Positions 34,996 to 47,362 of a stretch of 64,000 nt of DNA are shown here, piece after piece (the first letter of the stretch is position 1; the number at the start of each line of letters is the position of its first letter). Made by a program: the position numbers and the translations under genes. Origin of the DNA: Diplonema japonicum (taxonomy: Eukaryota > Protista > Euglenozoa: Diplonemea); contig OZ025695.1 in NCBI GenBank assembly GCA_964019335.1, positions 124,001 through 188,000 of the forward strand, written 5' to 3'. The notes beneath the pieces were generated by a model. That model worked only from the letters and a program-made list of their open reading frames with translations, was not told the origin of the DNA and did no database searches.

Positions 34996-36298
34996 AAAAA
35001 TTATATTTATGGGAATGGAGGGGGTAGGATACCTTTTTTTTCGGACTGGGATGGAGTGGTAGCAGTGGGGATAGGATCCGGCAAGGTCACGTACAAGAGT
35101 TGTGGTGACTGCCGGTACACCACGGAATAATTACTTTTTTTTTTTTTTTTTATTTTTATTTTTATTTATTATTTTTTTTTTTTTTTGCGGTTTGTATTTA
35201 TACCACCCTCTCCCTCCCTCCCCCTTTTTGGATGAACCAATAAACGAATAAAAGAAAAAAGAAGAAATTGATTCACGTTCTCATTCTCCTCTTTTTTTTT
35301 TTTTTCCCCATTCAGAGTTGGGTACTCGGCTCTACGCGGTACCATTACCGTTAACATATTACTTGACCATCTCTTGCCTTCCTCTGTCCTCTCACCTTGA
35401 CATGCTAAGGGGGGTCACACCTGCTTCCATCTTTATAAAAACTATTTTATTACCCAACAAGCGAATGAGCCGAATGCGGCCAGCCCTCTCCCCCCCCCCT
35501 CCCCCCAGAGATAAAGAAAATATTAACAAAGAGAGAGCAAATATTATAGACCATTTTCTAGCAGGAAGTCGTTTATTTCATCTCGTCAGTAGAAGTCCTC
35601 ACTGCTGCTTCTCGGGGGGGGGGGGGGGGGACGGGTCGGCTTTTGGTGAGTGACGAAAAAAAAAAAAAAATGACGAAGGGAACGGAATAAACGAAGAAAA
35701 TACTAGATAAAAATTTTCAGCGTGCATTGGGGGGGGGGGGGGGGGGGGTGCTCACTATTCATAAAAAATAAGAGAAGAAAAAAAAAAGAAGAGAAAAAAA
35801 AAAAACACAGAAAACGAATGGCCCAACAGGGTTCACAACAGACATTTTGTATCAAAAAATTAAAAAAAAAAAAAAAAAAAAAAAGCACCACAAAGATCTT
35901 AAGATACTGGATTACCCCTCTTCCCCCCCGTGGGACAATACTTGGATTCTGTGTCTAAAAACTGTGAACAAGGCGAAAAAAGTACATGGGGGGTGGGTGT
36001 TGTTGTTAAACGGCACATCTAGCAAGTTTCTACTAAAATTCTACTGTACGGGCTGCCATAGTGTGCCTCTGGTGTGCAGCGGCGGATTACAGCCAATCAA
36101 AGGCCTTGTGCCTAGATCATGCCCCCCCCCCCCCCCCCCCCCCACCCCAGAAAGTAATATTATTTTCTTCCTCTTGAGACCTCCTCTATCCTCGTCCCCC
36201 TTTGTTGACAACTACTATGTATGTTTCCTCTTTTTGTTTTCTTTCTTTTTTTTTTTCCCTCCTTGTTTCAACGTGAGGGGGGAAAAAACAAAAGTGGG

Positions 36299-36337
<39 letters not shown>

Positions 36338-36688
36338 AAAAAAGAGTAACCGGCTGTTGTTTGTACTAAACCCTCCAGAGGACGCAGTCGAGGCAACACA
36401 AGCGGTTTCCAAAAAAAGAAGAAGAAAAAAAAAAAGGAAGGAAACAAGTAGCGCGACAGAGTTTCTTCCGGAGTGTTGAGGATTACATACTTACACGCTT
36501 GTGAGTATGGCCGGGTTGTTTAACTGAGGCTTCCCTCCTCTTTTTTTTAAATATTGTTTTTTTGAAGAAAATGACGAGAGGGTGAATCATAAAAACTCAT
36601 AGTAAAAGACAACCCCACTGGAGGACAGCCTCTTGTGGTGTGAGTTCCTATCTATTAAGGCTCCCCTTCTGGAGCATAGCCTTCGTTC

Positions 36689-36724
<36 letters not shown>

Positions 36725-37016
36725 ACAGAACGGAAACGGAATATTTAAAAGGAAGAAAAAAAAAAAATATTTGAGTTAAAGGAGGCCGGTGTTGGCGGCG
36801 CCCTGCACAAGAACTGTCTACTTGATTACAGGGGGTGCACCGCGGCCGAGTTGTAGTTCCGCGCCGTTTCCTTAATGCGTGCGGTGTACAGCCTGTTCGT
36901 CACCCTTCCACTCGGGCGCTACCGGTGATAACCGACGAGGAGGTCAACAGCGAACAACACATCTGATGTATTTCTTATATTTCCATGTTATCCCCACCAC
37001 TTTGAAAACCACCTTG

Positions 37017-37062
<46 letters not shown>

Positions 37063-37536
37063 AAGAAAATGGAAATTTTGACCTGTTTCACAGTAGACCT
37101 CCCTGAAGGATTTCAAGGACATACATCCAGCAGGCTAGCGATGCACCATGAAGCCTAAACAGCTCACACCTGTAACACATTTACGCAGATGTCAAGGCGG
37201 TCTTAAGGCAAGCTCAGTAAGGACAGAGAACCGACGTGGAGCATGACTACCATAGGAAAGAGGTCGAACAAAGGGTAAAGGCCTAAAGGCAAGGGAAATT
37301 AAAATCGTTTTCTTTTTCTTTTTTATTGTCTCTTTGCCCCCCTCTTTTTTTTTTCTTTTTTAAATTCCACTTATTTATTCGGCTTCCTAACGCCACACCC
37401 ACTAGGTAAACGGGGCTACCCGTTTGAATTCCTTTTTTTTTTCTCGTTCTCTCTATGCTTTTTTTCTTTTCTCTTTTTTCTTCTTTTTCTTCTTTTCTTT
37501 TTCTTTTTTTTCGTGTTCTCTGTTTTCTAACTCCAC

Positions 37537-37634
37537 TCATTCCATTTTGTTGTTGTCAGCTTGCTCGCGCAACCAAGCGCTCGATTTTTCTCGTTTTTCT
37601 TGTTTTTTCTTCAGCTTCGCCGCCTTGGCTGCCT

Positions 37635-37670
<36 letters not shown>

Positions 37671-38588
37671 ATAACAAACCTGTATTTCATCAACACTTTT
37701 CGCCAAAGTTCTTCGGGTGCACCTTTCCAGCACCTCAGCACAACTAACTGGGATGGGTGCCAACTTCGAAAAGTCCACCGAAGGCCTGTTACGATGTGAT
37801 GAGATAAGCTTGAGCCACGACTTCCGAGGCACCTCCTTGGCCCCAAGCTCAGACTTGTACGCAAGATGCATCCCAAAGTCCCAGTATGTGAAATTAGACT
37901 CCCGTAGAAAAGCACCTAAAACAGCAAGCTGGAGCCACCCAGCCCCGGATTCCTCGGTGGTTCCTGTAAGCGAAGCGTATATGTCCCCAACAGCGTAACC
38001 AGCTTCAGAGGCTGCAAGTTCGCCAGATTCGTTCCAGATACAGATGCAGGTGAGCTTTGTGGAATACTTATCGGAGTTCTTCCACATGTGTGTGAAGCAT
38101 TTTCGAAGGGGATCGCACATCCAGTTTTCGCCTCTATGCCGGACCACGGAGGTCAGAACATCATCCATGTTAGTGTGCATGGTGACGGTGTATTGCTTCG
38201 CCCGTTTGCGGCAGGATTTTGAAATACAATGGTCGTTGAGGTTCAGGACGGACCGTTTCTCGTGGAGTTTTGGTGCGAACACGCATAAGTTGTTTCCCAC
38301 AGGGAATATCGACATGGGGAAGACACCTTTGCTGCAGCATGCGTCGATTAGCGTGCAGTCGAACAGCGGTCCGAAGCCGAATTCCATGTTCTTCTTTATT
38401 TTAGACACGAAGTTCTCCACGGTCTTCTGTGCGTTCTTGCCGTCCTCCGGGGCGCTGTCCACCAGCAGCATCCCGTCGTTGCACAGATAATCCGCTAGGT
38501 CCACTAAAACCTGCTCGCCCCTAGTGGTGCCGACTATAAATTTTAGGTTCATGCGGGTCCATGATAGCCCGCTGGCCTCCTCTGTCAT
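37537..38588 (-). CDS. Leu/Phe-tRNA-protein transferase-like (Aat/ATEL-type) protein (2 exons)
   Basis: PKLHEKRSVL, HCISKSCRKRAK, GENWM, GELAASEAGYAVG..YASLTG, GWLQLAVLG, WDFGMHLAYKSELGA. Confidence 0.82.
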
Positions 38589-38807
38589 GTGCAGACCAAT
38601 TTTTTTTTTTTTTTCTTTTTTTTTCCTTGCATTTTTTTTTTTTTTTTTTTTTGTTTTTGTTTTTGTTTTTTTTTTTTTACAAAACGAAAAACGGGTGTGG
38701 GGAAATGGGGGAAAGAAATGGGGAGGGTTGATTATGCGAACTTCTTTTTTTTTTTTTTTTTTTTTTCTTCGTTTTGTTTCTTCATCTCTTTTTTTTTTTT
38801 TTTTTTT

Positions 38808-39957
<1,150 letters not shown>

Positions 39958-40119
39958 TTTTTTTTTTTTTTTTTTATCTCCCCTCTTTTTTTTTAAAAAG
40001 TTTTTTATGTTTAGGTTTTGCGTGAGGAAATGGCTCGTGAAACACCCTTTCCTGTAGAGATGCCTTGTCACTTTCCCCCCAAAATTGCAACCAGAATTTT
40101 TAGCGCTAAAAAAAAAGAG

Positions 40120-40377
40120 TCAGCTGATTGTTTGTGCAAGCCGGGGGTAGAGCCAACCCATGGAGCCCAGGTCCTTTAGAAGGTGTGCCCCATCCTTCTT
40201 GTGGACCTGCCTGAGACAGGCCTCGTTGCCCAGGCAACCACACCTCGGGCAATGGAAGCCCGTCTTATGTTCCCGGTCGCACCCGGCGGCACAGTCGGGG
40301 TCCGACGGCGCCGTGGGCGCCCCCTCCGGGTACAGTACAACAGACAACTCAGACGGATCGATGTCTATGCAAGCCAT
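40120..40377 (-). CDS. Small Cys/His-rich protein (85 aa), possible metal binder
   Basis: GC-rich ORF between AT tracts with ACAACAATG start; C-x3-C-x3-H-x4-H-C-x2-C-x-C-x5-C-x4-H. Confidence 0.5.
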   Translation of the reverse strand: MACIDIDPSELSVVLYPEGAPTAPSDPDCAAGCDREHKTGFHCPRCGCLGNEACLRQVHKKDGAHLLKDLGSMGWLYPRLAQTIS

Positions 40378-41018
40378 TGTTGTTTGTGCAAGCCCGTTTT
40401 CACCTACAGTAGGGATAAATGGACAAAGCTGCCTCTACTCTTTTTTTGCAATAACAATTCTTTTCAAAAATTTGTTTACTTGTTCCAGCAAAAAAAAAAA
40501 AAAAAAAAAAGAAAACCGAGGGGGAAAAGAGAGGGAAAAAAAAAAGAAAAAAAAGATGTGAAATGGGAAAAAAAAGCTTTAATGAAAATAAAAAAAAAAC
40601 CCCCCAGTTTTTCCCCCCTCTTTTTTTCCCTCTCCACTTATTTATGCAAACTATTTAAAATAAAAATAAAAAATAGGGGAAAAAAAAAAGAAAGAAAGTT
40701 GGAAAGACGAAAAGGAAAGGGGTAAACTAAAAAAGTAACACGGCAGGTGTACAGAAAGGAACAAAAAAAAAGGGGGGGATTCTTTTTCTTTTTCTTTTTT
40801 TGCCCCTCTTTCTTTTGTTACTTTCTATACACCATCCTTTTTTCTTTTTGTTCCCCTTTCCCTTGCCAATCCTCTTGTTAAAAAATCAAATGAAGTCTAA
40901 AGATAAGAAGCCTGGGAAAAAAAAAAGTTTTTTTTTTCTTCTAACCCCTGACTCTGGCAAGCGGTATAAGGTTTTGCCTTTTTTTTTTCTTTTTCCATTG
41001 TTTTTTCGTTTCCTATTC

Positions 41019-41107
41019 GACAACCATCAGTTCCTGGCTGATGCAGAGTTCAAACAAAAATCTTTTGTTTCTCTGTTAAGGGTAGCCAACCAACGTCACA
41101 AGGTGCC
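41019..41107 (-). promoter_or_regulatory. Candidate SECIS element (GUGA-type core) in the PITH gene 3' UTR
   Basis: GGCACC-UU-GUGAC-GUUGGUUGGCU-ACCCUUAA-CAGAG...CUCUG-CAUC-AGCCAGGAAC-UGAU-GGUUGUC, read as helix I, UGAC/UGAU quartet, ~11-nt helix II and an apical extra stem. Folded by eye. Confidence 0.5.
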
Positions 41108-41243
41108 TTTCAGAAAGAAAAATCGCAGCAAGATTTTTTTTTTTTTAAAAAAAAATGAGAATAAAAAAAAAGGACTTTTTTTTTTTTAATTTATGGTTCA
41201 GAGACGACGCAAGACTCTAATTTCCCATGGAAATGAGTCTTGC

Positions 41244-41878
41244 TTAGGCCCCTCAGCCTTGCTTAGGATTCCACTTAAATTGATCGCCGTTAGCAACCCC
41301 GAGAATAGTCTGTGCGCAATTTTTTTTCCCCCCCCCCACCCCACCCCCTCCACATACCAACCCGCTCAAGCAGGTTGTCGGTGAGTCCTCGGTATTCGAC
41401 TTCACGTATAAATGTATTGTGTTCACAGATTGAAATTTCACAAATCGAGTCAAAACAACTGCTTTTTGTACGTCCCCTGCAGGGGACCAGTCAAGCTCAA
41501 TGTCCTGAAGCGCCGGTAGGCTCTCGCAGTCCTCGAAGGCTAGGTTAGACTGGTTGATGAAAACCTTGATCCCGTTCGGCTTCCTCCCGTCGTTTGGTGC
41601 GGTGAACTCCAGCGAATACACCTTCACATTCTGCCTGAATGGGATGTTCAGCAAGAGCTCCTCATCGGTGTCGCTTTCCAGACAGTTCCCGGTGGACCCA
41701 GAGTCTGTTTTTTTTTTCTTTTTTTCTTTTTTTTTTCTTTTTTTTTTTTTTTTTTTTTTTGCAGACCCGAAGTTGGGAAGATATTCGACACTGGACGTTC
41801 AGGGCTCTCATTCAGGCATTCTACATTTCCCCGGTCAATGTGCTCAAAGAGGTCCCCGTAGGGGCACGCTCCAGCCAT
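41244..41878 (-). CDS. PITH-domain protein (3 exons); ends at TGA 41253-41255, or at TAA 41244-41246 if the TGA is Sec
   Basis: ECLNE, CLESDTDEELLLNIPFRQNVKVYSL, PNGIKVFIN, FVKFQSVNTIHLYV. GT-AG introns at ~41705-41766 and ~41309-41356. Confidence 0.9.
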
Positions 41879-42003
41879 CTTTTCTTTTCTTTCTTTTCCC
41901 CCTTATTAAAATAAAGGATAAGCCCACACCAAGGGGGAGGAAATAAATTGACTGTGACACTTCGATTTCCACCCCCCTCTCTCTCTCTCTCGTCCCCGTA
42001 TTT

Positions 42004-44971
42004 TTACCGAGGCAGATCGATATCGATTTGATTCTTCCCCAATCTCTTCCCCGTCATCAGCTGTGTGTTGTCGGCTCTGAATGTGTGTGTTGCGGCTCGT
42101 ACACAGTCGTCGACGAAAATTAACATTTTTTCGGAGGCCTTCAAAGCGGGGCCCTGCATGAGGGAAAGCGAAGGGTCGAGCTGGAAATTCTCCAGCTTCC
42201 AGTGCAGGAACTCGGAGACAAGAAGCCGAGCCTCCAACGGAACCTTTTTTTTTTTTTTTTTTAAGCCATTAAACCCACATGTCATATATATATATGACAT
42301 AAAAAAAAAAAAGAGAAAATCTATAGGCCTTTTGGTCAAATTATGACCTTTCTTTCACTTTTCTGACGCCATTGCGCGATTTTTTCCACTTTGTTTGGCT
42401 AAATGCTGCCCTTTTTCAGCATTATTTTAAGAATTTGAGAGGTCGAAAATCCGGGGGAAAATGATTTGAGAATGAAGAATACTCGACTGGAGCAGAGGGC
42501 TGGTCGTGAGTGATGAAGAATGCTAAGAAATGTCAGAAAATGGTAGTTCTGAGTCTAGTAGTACTTGGGGGGAAAGTGTGGAAGAATTGGAGGAAATGGG
42601 GTGGAAAGAGGCACTGTAATCGAACCAGCAGACGACCCAACAGGGAAGAGCCCTCTCCAGCTTTTTTATTCGTTTTTTACACCATACACCCTCCGATGCC
42701 TGACAGCATTCACAAACAACCACCTGGAGCGCCGCAAAATCGACAAAAGAGTCACGGAAGCCAAAATCTGAGCGTTTCTGGGCCTATGGGTGTTAATGGA
42801 CCTCACCATCCGTCCCAACTTCCGTGACTACTGGAAAACCGATCCTGACTCCATTATGCATACTCAGGGGTTTGCGCGCGTCATGTCCGGAAACCGGTTT
42901 GAGCTGTTCTTTGGAAACATATATCTGTGCAAGGACCCATCCCGGGACCCTGATCGAGATGAGATCAGCCCGGCATGACAAACTCTACAAGGCCCGCTGG
43001 CTGGTTGAAGCTGCGATGCAGCGTTGGGGAAAGGCCTCCCGGACTATCAAGGAACGGGGGCAGGTGATGAAAAGGGGAGAGTTCCGTGTGTTCCAACGAA
43101 ACAGGCCCGGCATGCACTTTTTTTTTGTGGCAGGGCGGAAAGCTTGTGCTTCTCCCCTTTCAAGCCAAAGATGACCGCCACTCGTCAAAGATGGGTCGGC
43201 AAGGCAAAGAAAAAGTCCAGGGTCGCCTTTCCCATTCCAAAGGTCGTTGAAACCTACACCTCCCTTATGGGGGGTGTAGATGGGAACGACGCTGCCACCC
43301 AACGCAACACAAAGTAGTCCAAAGCCGCCGGTGGCAGATGAAAATATTAAGGTTCCTGCTTGACAAAAGCCTCTTCAGCTGCTGGGTACTTGCGAAGAGC
43401 GTCAATTCCCCCATCAAGTTCAATGAACTGGAAGAATGCATCGCACACGGCCTCTGTAAATGCATGGGCAAAGAACTTGCACCATCGAGACCACAAGACT
43501 CGAAGGATGTAAGGTTTGACCGCATCAAAGAGCATTTTCCTGCAAAAATTAGCATAATAGGTGCGTAGTCCATCATTGCATGGGTCCCAGAAGGTCCTCT
43601 GGCTATGAATGTTCCACCTGTGGCAAGTGCCTCTATTCCACACCTTGCTTTTGGCTTTACCACCTGAACGAAGACATCACCAAGGATGATCTTCAGGAGC
43701 CCGAAACACCGACAAGTACCAGAAACTCACTGATGGACCCCCGGACCCCCTCCACTGGCCAGAGGGGTGTGAAACGCAAGCTAAATCTGGGCTAGAATAG
43801 TGTTACAAGGGGTTTTTAGTGCATTTTATTATTATTTATTTTGCACTTTTTTACTCCTCTTCCCCCCCTTACCAAAAAGGGTGTTGGGTCAAAAATCATA
43901 AGTTCAAAAGCCAGTTCAGGGGAACCCTGATACGTGAATGTCTCCAGAGGTCATTTCTCCATAAAAAGAACACTTTGTATGGTTAAATGCTGCCATTTTT
44001 TTGAATTTTTTGGAATCGCCTCAAAGATGGGCTTTTTTCGGTTTTTTGCCTGTGGGCTTAATGGTTAATAAAAAAATTCACTATGAAAGGAACGAAGTGG
44101 TTAGCAACGGCCCGCAAAAAAAAGTTTTTCCCCCCCCTCTCCATACATCAGCATCGTCAATCGTCTCCATAAACATGCATATAGCCGATGCAAAATACCG
44201 TCCCATATCGAGCTCAACAGGGCATGCCCGTGCTAAGAGGTAAAGTGTGGTGAAGTCGGGTGTCACTTTATGCCGTTTAAATGCAAGCTCGAAAATTTTG
44301 CTGATGGTGTCCAAACTTGTTGTCGGCGTCATCGTCATAGGCACCACAGCGTCAAATACACGTCTTCTGATGTAGTTCGGCCTTCTCCGCTCAGCGGCTA
44401 TGAACAAAACCCCACGGTCCAACCACCATTCGTCTTCTTCGGGAGAGTACCCGTGGCATTGTTCCAGCATGATGTTCACGGACTCGGTGTTCGGGATTGT
44501 GATAGTTTTGTTGGTGTGGAGAAGGCTTGTCATCCACAGTCTGTGTGCTTCGTACTCTGAACGGTGTGTCAGGAGCTTCTGTATGTAGACATTGAGAACG
44601 CGTGTGTCATATTCGTGGTGGTAATGAAGCATTCTCCCGTACTCCCGTTTGACCCCGAACAGGGTCGGGACTATCTTCAGGTACATTGCCCACATGTAAG
44701 CTGTGGCGACTAACTCTTGGTCACATACGGTGAAGAGGTCGACCATTTGTACCCAGTTGGCCTCCTTGTCTTCTATCTTTCTGTAAAGTCGGTACATTTC
44801 CGTCTCTGCTCGCACGATGTCCTCTCCTTCTGTTACTGTGGGGTCAAACTTCATCGGTCTGTCGAGGTGGCCCAGCACGACCCAGTCATCTTCTGATGAC
44901 GTCCACCTACATGATGACTTTAAGGGTTTTCTTCCGATGGCCGACCATGCTTTTGAGTTTATTCGTCGCAT
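42004..44971 (-). CDS. Probable mitochondrial PPR-like protein (2 exons; intron 42244-44146 contains the piggyBac)
   Basis: Arg/Ser-rich N-terminus; PPR-like segments RVLNVYIQKLL, PNTESVNIMLEQC, PDFTTLYLLARAC. Phase-0 splice DDAD|VPLEARLL gives 354 aa. Confidence 0.72.
42265..44064 (+). mobile_element. Internally deleted, non-autonomous piggyBac transposon
   Basis: TTAA flanks; TIR CCATTAA(A/G)CCCACA; transposase remnants FRDYWKTD...VMSGNRFE, PKVVETYTSLMGGVDGND and C-terminal YECSTCGKCL...CFWLYH; frameshifts and stops. Confidence 0.92.
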
Positions 44972-45696
44972 TTTTTTTCTTTTTTTTTTTTAAATATAAA
45001 TACTGCAACGGTTGTCGAGAAGCGAAAAAAAAAAAAAAAAAGGACGGCCGGGGGAAAAAAAGATCAAGCCAGATCTTTTGTTTGAAAGACACACGGACAC
45101 GGTCTTTTATATATTCCCTGTGTTCTTAGTTGACATAGAACTTCCACAGACCTGAGCACGAAGGGTGTATGTACTTTGCCCCGCTACCCCGCGGATGGGG
45201 CATCGGAACAAGAAGACGTACGTTTGTTTGAAAAAAACAGGGGGGGTAAACTAAAAAGGTGATTGTGTGGGGGATGGGGGGGGTATGCACGAAGGGGGAA
45301 GTAAAAAAAAAAAAAAAAAAGAATTTGTGTTATGGAAACTAGTTCTTTTTTTCTTCTTCTTTTTTTTTTTTTCCCCATTTTCTTTTGTTTTCTAAAAAAA
45401 AAAAAAAAAAACAAAAAAAAAAGTTGTTAGCGTCACTTTTCAAAAACAAAACAAACAAAAAAAAAAAAAAAAGAAATGCACAATAACAACGAAATCCATT
45501 ATAATAAAAAAAAAAAAACAAAAAAATTCTAAAAAAAAAAGCCAAACTTAAAAAAAACAAGGGCTTAGGGGTTCTTTTTTTTTTTTTTTTTTTTTTCTTT
45601 TTTTGCGTTTTTCACGCGTTCACCTCAATAAGACAACAAACAAAAAAAAAAAACTCGATCTTTAACGACAAGGTGAGTTTGTACCTTGGGGTAAGA

Positions 45697-45727
<31 letters not shown>

Positions 45728-45772
45728 CGGCTAGGGAGAACGCGGACTTTAAAAAAAAAAAAAAAATGATTA

Positions 45773-46552
45773 TCACAGCTCGTCCAACTCCGCAAGAATA
45801 TCGTCTTCGGGGTAATCGCCCACCGTGACCTTGTCAGGAGTGGCAAAACCACCATACTTTGGGAGACACTCGAAGTACCGCTTCCCCTTGGCACAGCCGT
45901 CGTTCTTGCCTACAGGTTCATCGAACTTAACCCCGACCCAGAAGCCAGGCTTGAGCTCCGGGATCTTTCCCACGTAGCCGACCGTTCCTTTCCGGTCTCC
46001 TGGGAAGACGATACACCTGTCGCCGTTTTTAATGCTGGCTGCTTCTGTTGCGAAAGCTTCGGGGTCGACCTCCTTGGGAGGGGGGACAAGACCTTCCTCC
46101 CTCATTTTTTGCAATTGTCGGAGTTTCTGCTGGCGGACGGTATTGTCTCGCTTGTTATAGTCGTCTTCCGACATTTCGTACTTCTCCACAAGGGAAACGT
46201 CTGTCCAGCCTTGTACCTTTTGCTTCGCATTGGGGTCGAGATCAATGGCGTGGATGGTCTGCCCGTCCAAAGGGGAGTAGTATCCAAGCATCTTGTCGTC
46301 CTCCAGGTTGTCGGACAGCAGCTGGCCGTTCTTGTCCTTCAGCTGTAGGATCATCAGAGAGGAGTCCGTGCCGAAATGAGTTTGGATCTTCCACTTCATC
46401 TCGCTGATCGTAACGTGCTTGTCGAACCTCTTCTCCATCACGCTCGAGTTAAAGACGGAGTGCGTGATGTGCAAGATGACCGCGTCTTCAACATTGGTCT
46501 TGATCTCGTCCCCCTCCCTCACGATGCCAAGTTGGTATGCAATAGCCGACAT
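45773..46552 (-). CDS. TBCB: Tubulin-folding cofactor B (Ubl + CAP-Gly)
   Basis: DDKMLGYYSP, VEKYEMSEDDYNKR, GFWVGVKFDEPVGKNDG, DYPE. Confidence 0.95.
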   Translation of the reverse strand: MSAIAYQLGIVREGDEIKTNVEDAVILHITHSVFNSSVMEKRFDKHVTISEMKWKIQTHFGTDSSLMILQLKDKNGQLLSDNLEDDKMLGYYSPLDGQTIHAIDLDPNAKQKVQGWTDVSLVEKYEMSEDDYNKRDNTVRQQKLRQLQKMREEGLVPPPKEVDPEAFATEAASIKNGDRCIVFPGDRKGTVGYVGKIPELKPGFWVGVKFDEPVGKNDGCAKGKRYFECLPKYGGFATPDKVTVGDYPEDDILAELDEL

Positions 46553-47362
46553 TTTTTTTTTTTTTTTCTCCCTTTGTAATTTTTTATTTTTATTTTTTAT
46601 TTATTTTTTTTTTAAAAAACAAAGGAAATCACAAAACAGAAAAAGGATGAAGAAAAAAAAAAAAAAAAAAAATAGGGGCTGTACAAAACCGATTTTGTCC
46701 AAAAAAAAGGGAAGTCCCCCCGCCGCCGCAATCACGAAGAAGAGAAGGGTGGAGGAAAGAGATGGAGAAACAAAAAAAAGAAATAAAAAATAAAAAAAAG
46801 AGTTTTCACTATGTATGGGGAGGGGGGGGGGGGGGGGCACTACGGGGGGAGTGTAGGAACGACCTACTGGAAAAAAAAAAAAGAAAAAAAAAAAGAGGTC
46901 TCTTCGTCCCCTTCCTTGTTTATAAAAAGAGAGGAGAAAAAGCAACCTACTCTTGGAAGAGCTGCTGCTACTACACACGGGGGGGGGGGACGACTATGTT
47001 GGCAAGGAAACGGAAATGGAACAGAAACGCTTTCCCGTATCTTGCCAACATAGCCCTGGGGGGCTAAGTAAAGAGTGCATATATACGGTTGTCGTTTTAT
47101 TTTGTTTACATTCAAGAATTGCCCACAAGCAAAATATCTTCTCTAGCCGTGTTCCACTCTGAGGACCCTGAGAGCGTCGGGCATTGTGCCCACATCATAT
47201 CACATTACAAAGGATCAGATGAGGTTTTCGGAAAAGATGAATTTCTTGATACCACCTGTTGCACACTCATCCCCCCCCCTCTCCATTCAAAGGTACAAAG
47301 ATGCTCTCTCTTCCCTCCCACCCCCTTTTTTTTTTGTTTGACACTCTTTTTTTTAGAAGGAA

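Noticed and set aside
46960-47260. Possible exons downstream of the hAT element
   Set aside because: All three minus-strand frames after the candidate acceptor hit stops quickly
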